From the NCBI GenBank assembly GCA_030704615.1, contig CM060731.1, positions 18,600,001 through 18,664,000 on the forward strand: a DNA stretch of 64,000 bases, read 5' to 3'. This document shows positions 50,401-61,940 of this stretch, one piece after another. Source of the stretch: Takakia lepidozioides. Lineage: Eukaryota; Plantae; Bryophyta. A model generated the notes under the pieces. That model was not told the origin of the DNA and did not search any database. It saw only the letters and a list, made by a program, of their open reading frames with translations. Both the position numbers and the translations under genes were made by a program. The first letter of the stretch is position 1. Every line of letters starts with the position of its first letter.

Positions 50401-51257
50401 TTTCTTTCTTGCGCATCAAATATGCCAGAATCAAGAATTATTTGAGCAATGATTGGGCCAGATACTATGATAGGAGACTTTGCGGTAGTACCTTGTAATC
50501 TTTTCATCTCCTCTACCAGTGCGTTGTACATTATGTCCGCCCATTCTACCTCTTGTCCTTTCAGGGCTTTGAGTATTTCCTCCGTGAAGGATCTGCTCAA
50601 ATACTGTTGGTTCTGTTTCATGGCAATCAGAACGTTCAATACCTGGCCTATCTCCTTTAGCCCTGGGTACACAGCCTTTGTACAAGCATAACCCTGAGTT
50701 TTAAAGAAACTCCCTTCTTGGAATAAGTCCCCTATTTGCAGTCTTGCCCTGTGTTCCTCCACATGCACCTGACCTGCTGGCAATCGAAACAATTGCTGGA
50801 GGTATAGGGGAGTAATTACTAATTCAACTCCCTTCACCGTTGTTGTTCCTGTCCTTGGCTCAAAGTTCTGCAAAAATTGTAACATGTACTGTCTATGGTG
50901 TAATGTCCAATCTATGCTTTGCAATCCTTGCAATCTCAGCTCCTTCAGTATCTGTATCGCCTGTGGGGTAGCAATCGTTTGTTTCTGCAGAATTGTGGTG
51001 CTCTTCACCCTGATTTCCTCCATTCCTCTCACTCTCTTCATTCTAGACTCACATAAATGTTTTGGCTGTAACAACTGAAGAAATGCCTGTAGTGCACAAA
51101 GCATAAACGTATGGTTGCCACAAAAAGCTATGGGTAATTTCTTGTAAGCCTGTGGGGCTTGCAAGCATCGCTCAAGAGAAAAGATCCGCTCTGTTGTTTC
51201 GTCCCTATGCCACTGCGTAAGTAGTATTGCAAGCGTATAGTCTGTTAGTTCCTCCAT
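47490..51257 (-). pseudogene. Extra 3' ORF of element E, ~1255 codons in one frame with two internal TAG
   Basis: ORF pieces 50223-51539, 48663-50066 and 47490-48659 share one frame. Both TAG are CAG in copy C. ATG at 51257 is conserved in C (41830). Confidence 0.85.
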
Positions 51258-51682
51258 AGTTTTCAAGCTATAGCATTGATGGTCTGTCCTGTCGAGACGC
51301 CCGTTACTCAGAACGACGCCGCCTCTTGCGCTTAATTTCCCTCCAATTTCTTGATCCTTTCTCTGGCTTTCTATTGGCTGTAACCACTGTGACTTGATTT
51401 TAGATTTCATTTTCTTTAGTGGACTTTCCCTGCTGGATAGTCCACTAGGATCACACATGTGACAAGAATTTCGCTTTTTTGTACTTGCCGTTTGTTCCGT
51501 TCCCATTTTTCCGTATTCATTAATGGGCCCGCCTTTCATCCATTTTGACGGCCGTTCTTGTCCTCTTTCTTTATGACACCTGTTCTTGCACTTCCTTCTT
51601 GGCTGTGTGTCGCGCCCTGACTTCCACGTGTCTATTTTTAAACTGGTTTCCGTCTTTTCTTCCGTCAGCCATTTTCCTGAAG

Positions 51683-54600
51683 TTATTGTGCGCCACCTGT
51701 CACTGATTCTATGGATCGTGTAATCCTAGTAGGCTGTGTTGAGCTGTGACAGGCTGTGTCATACTGTGGTACGCTGTGATAGGCTGTGATGCACTGTGCT
51801 AAGCTGTGATAGGCTGTGACACGCTGTGGTAGGTTGTGATAGGCTGTGTCACAACGTGATGGGCTGTGATAGGCTGTGTTTCGCCTTGATGGGCTGTGAT
51901 AGGCTGTGTCACGCTTGTTTTGCCCGCCCTGGTCATATATGCTCGGCCTAGCGACAAGTGCTCCATACTCCGTTCGTAACACTGGTGCAGCCCGTGACTG
52001 CTCTTGCGTTTCAACATGCAAGTCATGCTGCAAGGGTTTGTCATGGATACCACTGTATCCCTTTAACTTATTGGCATTGACTCTTCCCAGCATTTCTTTG
52101 TTAATGGTTTGTAACATGGCGGTGTTGTTATCATACATCTTTTGTATGACATAAGGTCCTTTCCATGGTGATTTAAGCTTAGAAGCTTTAATCTTTCCTT
52201 TCTTCTGCAACCATAGAACCAAATCCCCCGTCTTAAAAGTCTTTAACTTGCCTTCATCAAACTGTTCCTTTCTCTTCATCTGAATTCTGGTCATATTATC
52301 AGCTGCATCAGCACGTACTTCTTCCACATGATATAATTCATGTTTCCTGACCTTAATGGAATCTTGCAATTCCATTCTCTTTCCCCACTCCGTTCTCATG
52401 GTAGGTAACAGGAATTCCACTGGAAGTAAGGCTTCCATACCATAAACTAATTGGAATGGTGTATACTTAGTGGTGACTTTATATGAAGTCATGTATGACC
52501 ACAAAGCTGTCAGCAGCTTTGTATCCCAATCCGTTCTGTTTGCATTGACTATCTTAGCCAAGATAGTACATAGTATTTTGTTGGTAGCCTCTGCCTGCCC
52601 ATTACCCTGTGGGTAATATGTTGTACTTTTTCTATGCACAATCATGAACTCTTTAGTCAACAACTCAATGGTCTCATTCATGAAGTGACTTCCCTGATCA
52701 CTGATAAATTCTAAGGGACAGCCAAATCGTGTAAGTATGTTCTCATACAGGAACCTTGCTGTGGACTTGGCTGTGTTGTCCCTCAAAGCTTTAGCTTCCA
52801 TCCACTTCGTAGTATAATCAGTGGCTGTAATTATGTACCTGTTCCGTGTATTCTTGGCTGGTGGGTTGATTGGTCCAACAAAGTCTAGTCCCCATTTCTG
52901 AAATGGTTCCGTAGGCATTGTAGGATGCAAGGCCATCCTTCCAGATCTCTGCAAAGGTCCTAGCCTCTGACATTCATCACAACTCTGACAATACTCGTGT
53001 ACATCTTTGAACAAAGTAGGCCACCAGTAACCTGCGAGTAGTATCTTCCTACTGGTAGTCTCTTCTCCAAAATGACCTCCAGCCACTCCTTTATGAACTT
53101 CCTCCAAAATTTATTTACTTCATGGTGGTACAAGCATCGTTTTAGTACTCCATCAGGTCCTAGCTTATACATTCTGCTTCCTACCATAGTATAAGGTAAG
53201 CTTTGATAGCGATTCTCTTCCTCTGCTCCTTACCATAACTAGGTGGGCACTGACCATGAGCAAGGTAGTATCTGATTGGCCACTGCCAATCTAACCAGTC
53301 ATCTGCACTTCCCAGCACCTCCACTGCAAATAGACTCGCATCTGGTAATTGATCATCTATTCCTGTGGCTGGTTCTCCTGTTGATAACCGTGACAAGTGA
53401 TCCGCCACAAGATGCAGTCTCCCAGGCTTGTAAACAACCTCGAACTCAAACTCGTGCAAGATTATCAACCATCTTGCTATTCTTCCGCTTATCAGAGGTT
53501 TATTTACCAGGTATATCAGAGCCTGGTGATCCACATAGAACATAAACTTCTTGCCCAACAGGTAATGCCTGAATTTCTTCACTGCATAGATCATTGCCAA
53601 TGCTTCTCTTTCCGTTGTGCTATAGTTCCTTTCAGCACTGTTCATCAACCTGCTAGCATAGTACACAGGTGAATCTATATTTCCTGTAACATTCTGGGCT
53701 AACACCGCTCCCAACGCTTCTCCTGATGCATCACAGTGAACATGAAATACTACATGCCAGTGAGGGTTAATCAGCACAGGTGTAGTTGTTACTGACAGTG
53801 TAAGTTCCTCAAACGCCTGTTGACATTCAGCTGTCCAGGCAAACACTGCATCTTTCCTTCAGTAGCTTGCTCAATGGTGCTGCTATTTGTGCATACCTTT
53901 TGACAAATCTTCTGTAATAACTGGTTTGCCCAAGGAATCTCCTTAGACTCTTAACATTCACTGGTGGTGGAGAGGCTTTAATGGCCTCTGTCTTCCTGGG
54001 ATCCACAAGAAGTCCCCTCTTACACACAATGTGTCCCAGAAGCACCCCTGAGTTCACACAGAAAGTACACTTCTCTGGATTCAGGCCCAGACCTCTCATC
54101 CTGCATCTGGCCAGACATAACTCCAATTTATGCAAGTGCTCATTCTTAGAGCTGTACACACTGAAATCATCCAAGAACACCTGCATGAAATCATCCAGAT
54201 ACTCATGAAAAGATTCACTTATTACTCTCTGAAAGGTTGCTGGTGCATTACAAAGTCCAAAGGGCATGACTTTGTATGCATAAGCACCCCAGTCTGTGAT
54301 GAAAGCTGTTTTTCCTTGGTCTTCTTCTGCCACTTGCACTTGATTATAACCACTGAACCCATCCATGAATGAGTACATCTCATGGCCTGCCACAGTGTCC
54401 AATACTGCTTCTGTGAATGGCAAAGGAAAATGGATCTTTCTTCGTACAAGCATTTAGCTTCTTGTAGTTCACACATACTCTTAGTTTACCATTCTTCTTG
54501 GGAACTATAACAATGGGTGACAACCAAGTTGTATACTCTATTGGGTATATAAACTTAGCCTCAGCCAACTTCTTGATCTCTTCTCCAACCTTCTGTGCGT

Positions 54601-57600
54601 AGTTGGGATTCATTCTGTACCTCGCCTGCTTGATTGGTACTGACCCTGGTTCCAGTTCAATCTTATGCTGACAGACTTCAGGTGGTATTCCTTTTAGATC
54701 CTCATAGCTCCAAGCAAATACATCTCTGTATTTGATGAACAAGCTTTTAGCTTCTTCAAAGAATTCCGGCTCCAAATCAGCTCCTACTTTCACCATCCTC
54801 GGTTCCTCTTTAGTTCCCACATTCACTTCCCTCACCTGCTCATCAGCTGTGATTGTCCAACCAGTCACCACTTCATCCTGTAAGCTCACAGTGGCTGGTT
54901 CCTCTAGGATTTCCATTTCTCTTTCTTTTTCCTCATAGAAATGTGATGGGTAACTGCTGGTTTCCTCTTCAGTTGGTGTTGCTGTCACTACACCACAGCA
55001 GATACCTCTTAAACAACTTAGGCTTTCCAGCCGCATCTCTGCAACCTGCTCCCACTCTGGGTGTGCAGCAAATAGGGTAGCTTCTGCTCCTCATCCAGTC
55101 CTCCTTTCCAGTCATACTCTCTGACTCCTCGAGGTCTTCTTGTAGCAGGTAATCTACTAGATTTCTTTGTGGTAATTTGTATCTCGTGTATCCCATTATG
55201 CACGGTTAGTAACTGAGAATTCCAGTCATGGAATACCCTGGCCTGTTTCAGCCACGGACGTCCCAATAATAAGGAGTAAGCCTCCATGACTTCATCCATC
55301 TTCAACACAGTTACTGTGATCATAAAGATCATCTTCTGTATCTGTATCTTAACTCCTCTTATCAATCCCAATGGCTGTACACTTCTTTGATCTGCCATTG
55401 TTACTGTAAATGGGGCTGGTTTCATGTTACTTAGACCAAGCTTCTTCCTTAATTGGTCTGTCATGATATTCACTCCAGAACCTCCATCTATCAGTACATC
55501 AGTTAGTTCTGTGCTTCCAATTCTCAATTGGATTACTGGCATAGAATCATCAAAGTCCATGACTGTTTCTCGCCCTTCCGGCTTCACATTATAACTGGTC
55601 ACCTTGCTGTTCAGGTCTGTGTTTCCTGTCTCCTGGGCAATTCGATTGATTGCTTGATACAGCCTGTGCCTACAATAAGGTGCCACAGCTAATAGCTGTC
55701 CAATGGTAATTTCTGCTTTGGTCTGGCATATTACTTCAGCCAAAGTCTCTTCATTACTTTGCATGTCTGCATCTTCTTTCTTCCTTTCATCCTCACTCCC
55801 TTCTTCTTCTCCATCAGAATCAGAGGAATCTGCCACAGGAATATCAGTACTCTTCTGCATTTCCCTTATGGTATCTGCCACTTCTTTGTGCAGTTCCTTC
55901 TCATCTCTCCAAGTCTCTTCATCTTCAGGCATATCATTGCCACCTTCATTATCATCTTCTTCCTCTACTACTGGAGGTATTAGTTTGGCTTTACTTCTTG
56001 TTACTATCATTGTACTTACTTCTGGTACAACACATGGCCTAACCATGTGAGCTGCCACCACTGGGCCCTCATTCACAGGAGCTCTCATCTCATTCTGGTG
56101 TCTTATCCAGAATGAACAGGCTGCCCTGCGATGTCCTGGCTGATTACAATAGTAACATAGTTCTTCACCATTGGGTCCTCGCCCTTGGTCTGTTCTTGGA
56201 TTATTTCTATAATCCTGATTCCCGGGCTGGTAATTCCCCCTTGGATTACCCTGATAGTTGCCTCTGGAATTTCCTTGGTAATTCCCTCTTGAATTACCTC
56301 TCCCTTCCATGCCATTGTTATAACCACCAGACCTACCATAGTGGTCCTGATCATTGTTTCTTCTTGGCTGGGGCTGCACCTGATGCACCCTTACTTGCCT
56401 AGGTTCTCTTGCAGCTGTCCTTCTGTTGTAGTAACAATTCTCAGTAGAATGGTTATCCATTTTACAGATAGTACAGTGTTTCTCCTTCATGTGGCATTCT
56501 GTGGTGGTATGGCCTTCATTCTGGCACTTTGCACACCATACACCCTTCCTCCAATGTGTTGCAGCCTCTGTGGCATACTTCTTCAAGATTTCTTCCAATC
56601 TTTTTTCATAGTTATCCCTCTTCAACTTCTCCTTTCTCTTACTCTTCCTTTTTAGTTCTTGCTCTTCTTCTTCATCTGACTCATCCTCAGAGTCCTCATC
56701 ATCCCTTTTTCTCTCTCCTGAGCATTCCCAATTGCTCAATTCTGTTTGCAGTTTCAAATGCCTCCTCCACTGTATTATGGGGTAACATATCCACTTTCTT
56801 TTGCAACTCTGGTCTTAGTCCACTCACAAACCAAGTCTTCTGTAAACCGGGTGCTGGTACTGCAGCCAGCTTTTTCATCATCAATTCCATCTTTTCCATA
56901 TACTCTTCAACAGTTTCATGCTTCTTTTGCTTTAACTGTTGTAAACTTCCATACACTTCATCCTCAGTTTTACTTGTCCTGAACCTATTTCGAAATGCTG
57001 TATTCAAGCCATTCCAGGTTAGGAAATGATTATCAGGGAATCTTGCATACCATTCACTTGCTTTCTTGATAAGTGAACAGGAAACAATCTCATCTTGGCA
57101 TCATCGCCATTCTCATTGTTCACTATACACATGTGCTCAAATTGGCTAATGTGTACATCGGGATCCCCTTTTCCTGAATATATTGGAAAGGGTGGTTTTT
57201 CCCGTGTTGGTTGTAACGCCATCTGTGGCCCTACCTTCTGCCCACTGACAGGTGCTGGCACCCTTGCTGGTGCTGGTCCTTCTGGACCTGTTGTTTTTGT
57301 GGTGGATCTTCCACCAAGTGGTGGCCCTTGAGCACTCCCTGCTTCTGGCCCCACGATATTCACAGTATTCCCAGCTTCAGTTGCACTACTTCCCACACTC
57401 CCTGTCCCCCCAGAGCCAGATCCAGGCAGCCCGCCTGATCCCCCTGAGCCGACACCTTCGTTGGCCTGTGATCCAAGTGCTCCACTTGATCCAGGTCCAA
57501 CGGGTTGGGATGTCCTGGTTGTAGTCTCAACCTCAGCTGTTGGGTCTACTTCTTCATATTCTTCCTCTTCCAATTTCTTCTCTCTGTTTTCATCCTCCAA

Positions 57601-58053
57601 GTTCTGCCCTTGGGTTTCTTCTTCACTCATGTAACTCAACTGTAATGGTGTTGGAGAGTCTGAACTCTCCGTTGGCTCTGCCACATCCTTCTTCTCCTTC
57701 TTCACCTTCCGTTTCAGAAACTGGAGTTCCTGCTTTTGGTGTTCCATGCCAACTCTTATCAAAGATTTCTGTCAAATCTTTTATCCAGGGATGTACCTCA
57801 GATCTTTCACCTCGTGATTGATCTTCTTCTGTACCAATTCCCTTAATCTTTCTTGCAAAGAAACAGAAGGAGTGGCATCCAACTCTAGTTCTTCCGGTAT
57901 GGGTGATGTACTCTTTGATCTTAATGGTGTGAGAGGTCCAGATGATTCCCCTATGTCTATTCCTCTCTCCCAAAGATATGGATAATTAGCTTTCAGATAG
58001 CTTTCTCTTTTTGCTGAATATCTCTGGCGTCTAGCTTCTCCTTCATCACTCAT
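51683..58053 (-). pseudogene. Element E gag-pol with frameshifts
   Basis: Gag with three CCHC knuckles, protease LIDGGSG, RT FMDGFSGYNQ/FLDDF, RNase H HCDASG, integrase HHCC and GLDF/SDQG/QAEA, GPY. Confidence 0.94.
51731..51910. repeat. Exactly phased 10-bp array (18 units, 30-bp higher order)
   Basis: nnGCTGTGnn every 10 bp. Read in the integrase frame as TAYHS-type decapeptides. Confidence 0.92.
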
Positions 58054-58074
58054 GTCCCATGTCTTTCATTTCTT

Positions 58075-58766
58075 TTAATGTGGCAATAACCAAAACTCTC
58101 TTCTGTAATATCTCTCGTATATGCCTGGGTTTCTTTCAAGCTTCAATGCACCCTTGGCTATACTTGAAGTCTCCGTTACCATATAACCATATGGCAAACA
58201 AGTCTGGAAAGCTGTTCTTGGTGTGAGTTTGATCCACAAAATATCCTTTGGAATCCAATTCTTTACCAGTACAAGCTCTTCATGCATATGAGTATAAACA
58301 TTCACTTTTCTTTCCTCCCAGCCTTCAAACTCTACTCGCTTAATGGATAGCAATGCTATCACATAAACCAACGTTGGTAACCAACGTGCTCTTCCTCTAC
58401 AGGCTACCTGATAAATCTTTATCACTCCTTTCTCCAGACCCCATTCCGGATCAGCATCATGCACTCGCTTAAGAATTTTCTTTACAACCGTCTGGCAATT
58501 CCAAGAACCTTTGAAGGAATTGTTTGGACAATCTTTCTTCCTTCGTTCCACAGGGAATTTGATTCACTTCAAATTCTTTAATGGTCCAACCACCATGATC
58601 CCACCAGATGCCTGTCACATCTGGTTGTTCATGACTCAGTTCCCCAGTATGGTCGCCAAATGTCGCGCGGCTTTTACTCACCCATCCCTTCGCTATCCGA
58701 GGCGGAAACTCCAAGATAGAAGAGTTGGAAATCTCTAAGTACTCAGCCCGCAGAACAATCAGTCAT
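58075..58766 (-). pseudogene. Extra 5' ORF of element E, unknown function
   Basis: Homologous to 61227-61919, with frameshifts at different positions in the two copies. Confidence 0.55.
58641..58658 (-). promoter_or_regulatory. Primer-binding site, probably tRNA-Arg
   Basis: TGGCGACCATACTGGGGA two bases after the LTR. Resembles TGGCGACTCCACTGGGGA-type Arg PBSs. Confidence 0.75.
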
Positions 58767-59704
58767 GACCTACAGCTAGTGTATCATGGGGGTGTTTCCT
58801 ATTTGTTTCCCTTTTGGCATTCATGTTAGCTACCTTACCATTGATAATTAAGTATCAGTTTGCTTCATCAAATTTATCGGATTCCATCAACCCATCCATT
58901 CATTCCACAGCTTCACTCAGATCTCTCTACACAGTGTGATTGTATCGTATAAGTATCAGATTATGATTTATCAGGTATCAGGCCGAAGCCATTGTGTCTC
59001 TAATCTGCTCTACAATATCACTAAGCTTTTGCATATAACAAGCATCTACTATCATCTCTCCTCCTTCACCCGTGCTCTCCATCTTTGCTTCCCGTTCTTA
59101 CTCTCCCCCAATCCTCTCTCTCTCTTGACGTGCTTCCAAATCCTCCCCAAAAAACCCCCTACTCATTCCTTGCTTCTCCCTTTATCTTCCTACCCGTGGC
59201 TCTAACCGTTTCCCTCACTAACCGTCGTCCGTGAACTAACATGTTCCATTTCAGGTGTTGTTCCCCACAGTCGTTCCCTGTCCTGCTCCCGTTCCCTATG
59301 ATCGTGACAGCTGTGTCAAGCTGTCTGGCTGTGTGAAACTGTGACGGGCTGTGACTGGCTGTGCGACTGTGTTTGGCTGTGTCGGGCTGTGACTGGCTGT
59401 GTGGCTGTGTCGCTGTGACGGGCTGTGTTGGCTGTGATTGCTGTGTCGGGCTGTGACACTGTGCGGACTGTGTCTGGCTGTGTCGGCTTGTACGGCTGTG
59501 GCTGACTGTGTGTCGCTGTGACGGGCTGTGTTGGCTGTGTCGGCTGTGACGACTGTGACGGGCTGTGTTGGCTGTGATGGCTGTGTACCCCCCTCTACAG
59601 TGCGCTGTGTCACCCCTAAGGCTCCTGTTGGTCTCAGTCTGTGCAAAATTAAGGGTACCCTACAGATCCTGTAAAGTGTCGAAGTCCCAGACAGTCCTCT
59701 AACA
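58661..59704 (-). repeat. 5' LTR of element E
   Basis: Matches 46403-47451 and is followed by the PBS. CACAGCC array at 59305-59586. Confidence 0.95.
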
Positions 59705-59709
59705 ATCAG

Positions 59710-60264
59710 ATCTTCCCCTTCTTTGTTGCTGATTGGCAGGAACAATTATCCTTCCTTCCTGCACCCACATCTTTCCAAATACAAAAAAACCTTCCCTTAC
59801 CATATTGACGGGTTGATTGATCAATGCCCGCTCCTTGGGTCTTGTGCAAAGTCCTTACACAGTCCCTTCTTTCCTTCCATATCTGGCATTACCCTGGTTT
59901 TAGTTTCTCTCCTTTCCATATACCAATGAGTCCTTGGGTCACCATCCCACATGGGAAGATCTATCCGATTCCAGAACGACTCAAAATGAAAGGCCCCAAG
60001 CAAGTCTGCCTATGTGGTGTGCTGAGTCATAGCCCCCAAATGGATTCTATCTGTTTCTAAAGAAAATACTCCCGCATGTCTTCTTGAAATACCAAAGACC
60101 CATACACATGCATAGTACTCCCCTCTCTTGCAAATCAGCTCCCCCTTTTACACTGCTATACCCTCTTGCTATGAGCTGTCTTCTCTCACTCCTCTTAACC
60201 CTTAAATTGAAATAGAGAAGCATGACTGGCCCCCCTATCCCACTCTAAGTCTAGAAGATAGGCT
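59710..60264 (-). mobile_element. Internal segment of element D between E and F
   Basis: Continues the D reading frame across the ATCAG duplication. No recognisable domain. Confidence 0.6.
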
Positions 60265-61334
60265 CTTTAGAGGACTGTAGGTGACTTAGACACTTATACG
60301 GGATCTGTAGGTACCCTTAATTTTTGCACAGACTGAGACAAACAGGAACCTTAGGGGTGACAGCAGCACACTGTAGAGGGGGTTACATAGCCCACACACA
60401 GCCGACACAGCTCACAGCCCCACACACAGCCGTCACAGCCCACACAGCACACAGCCGTCACCTTCCGTCACAGCCCACACAGCGACACAGCATCACAAAG
60501 CCGCCCACACAGCCAACACAGCCGACACAGTCGTCACACCCACACAGCCAACACAGCCCGTCACAGTCGCACAGCCCACACAGCCCCCACAGCCCGTCAC
60601 AGTCGTCACAGCAGACACAGCCCACACAGCCAGTCACAGCCCGGCACAGCCACACAGCCAGTCACAGCCCGACACAGCCAAACACACAGCCAGTCACCGC
60701 TTGACACAGCTGTCACGATAATAGGGAACGAAGAGTAGGACAGGGAACGACTGTGGGAACAACACCAGTGAAGGGAACATGTTAGTTCACATACGACGGT
60801 TAGAGAGGGAAACGGTTAGAACCGCGGATAGGAGGATAAAGGGAAGAACGGGGAATGATGAGGGATCATTATTATCATTATTCGGGGAGGACTTCGGAGT
60901 CAGGCGGAGCGAAGTCGGTGAGCACGATGAAGGAGGAAAGAGGATTAGTAGATGCTTGTTATATGCAAAGCTGTAGGGATATTGTAGAGGAGAATAGAGA
61001 CACAATGCTTCGGCCTGATACCTGATAAATCATAATCTGATACTTATACGATACAATCACACTGTGTAGAGAGATCTGAGTGAAGCTGTGGATTGAATGG
61101 AGGAGTGAAGGAAACCGATAATTGATGAAGCAAACTGATACTTAATTATCAATGGTAAGGTAGCTAAGATGAATGCGGAAAAGGAAACAAATAGGAAACA
61201 CCCCCATGATACACTAGCTGTAGGTCATGACTGATTGTTCTGCGCGGGCTGAGTACTTAGAGATTTCCAACTCTTCTATCTTGGAGTTTCCGCCTCGGAT
61301 AGCGAAGGGATGGGTGAGTAAAAGCCGCGCGACA
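60265..61334 (+). repeat. 5' LTR of element F
   Basis: Ends CCGCGCGACA before the PBS. Start degenerate (CTTTAGAGG). CACAGCC array at 60385-60715. Confidence 0.85.
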
Positions 61335-61919
61335 TTTGGCGACCATACTGGGGACCTGGGACATGAACAACCAGATGTGACAGGCATCTGGTGGGATCAT
61401 GGTGGTTGGACCATTAAAGAGTTTGAAGTGAATCAAATTCCCTGTGGAACGAAGGAAGAAAGATTGTCCAAACAATTCTTTCAAAGGTTCTTGGAATTGC
61501 CAGACGGATGTAAAGAAAATATTCTTAAACGAGTGCATGATGCTGATCCAGAATGGGGTCTGGAGAAAGGAGTGATAAAGATTTATCAGGTAGCCTGTAG
61601 AGGAAGAGCACGTTGGTTACCAACATTAGTTTATGTGATAGCGTTGCTATCCATTAAACGAGTAGAGTTTGAAGGCTGGGAAGAAAAAAGGTGAATGTTT
61701 ATACTCATATGCATGAAGAGCTTGTACTGGTAAAGAATTGGATTCCAAAGGATATTTTGTGGATCAAACTCACACAAGAACAGCTTTTCAGACTTGTTTG
61801 CCATATGGTTATATGGTAACGGAGACTTCAAGTATAGCCAAGGTGCATTGAAGCTTGAAAGAAATCCAGGCATATACGAGAGATATTACAGAAGAGAGTT
61901 TTGGTTATTGCCACATTAA
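61227..61919 (+). pseudogene. Extra 5' ORF of element F, starting inside the LTR
   Basis: ATG at 61227, open through the LTR end and PBS to 61694. The remainder follows after frameshifts and matches 58075-58551. Confidence 0.55.
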
Positions 61920-61940
61920 AAGAAATGAAAGACATGGGAC

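Larger units (their letters stand above)
46403..59704 (-). mobile_element. Ty3/gypsy non-chromovirus element E, complete (13.3 kb), with extra ORFs 5' and 3' of gag-pol
   Basis: Two ~1.05-kb LTRs, 5-bp duplication ATCAG (46398-46402, 59705-59709), PBS, PPT, PR-RT-RH-INT order, no chromodomain, no second RNase H seen. Confidence 0.96.

Noticed and set aside
47490-51257. Calling the extra ORF a retroviral env
   Set aside because: No evident signal peptide, cleavage site or convincing membrane anchor. Position alone is not enough.
58641-58658. tRNA gene
   Set aside because: Only an 18-nt match to a tRNA 3' end beside an LTR, so it is a PBS.
60265-61200. High divergence of F's LTR as evidence of age or LTR swapping
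   Set aside because: Differences are scattered, indel-rich and confined to the part nearest the inverted-repeat centre, while internal F is nearly identical to E. Consensus error is at least as likely.
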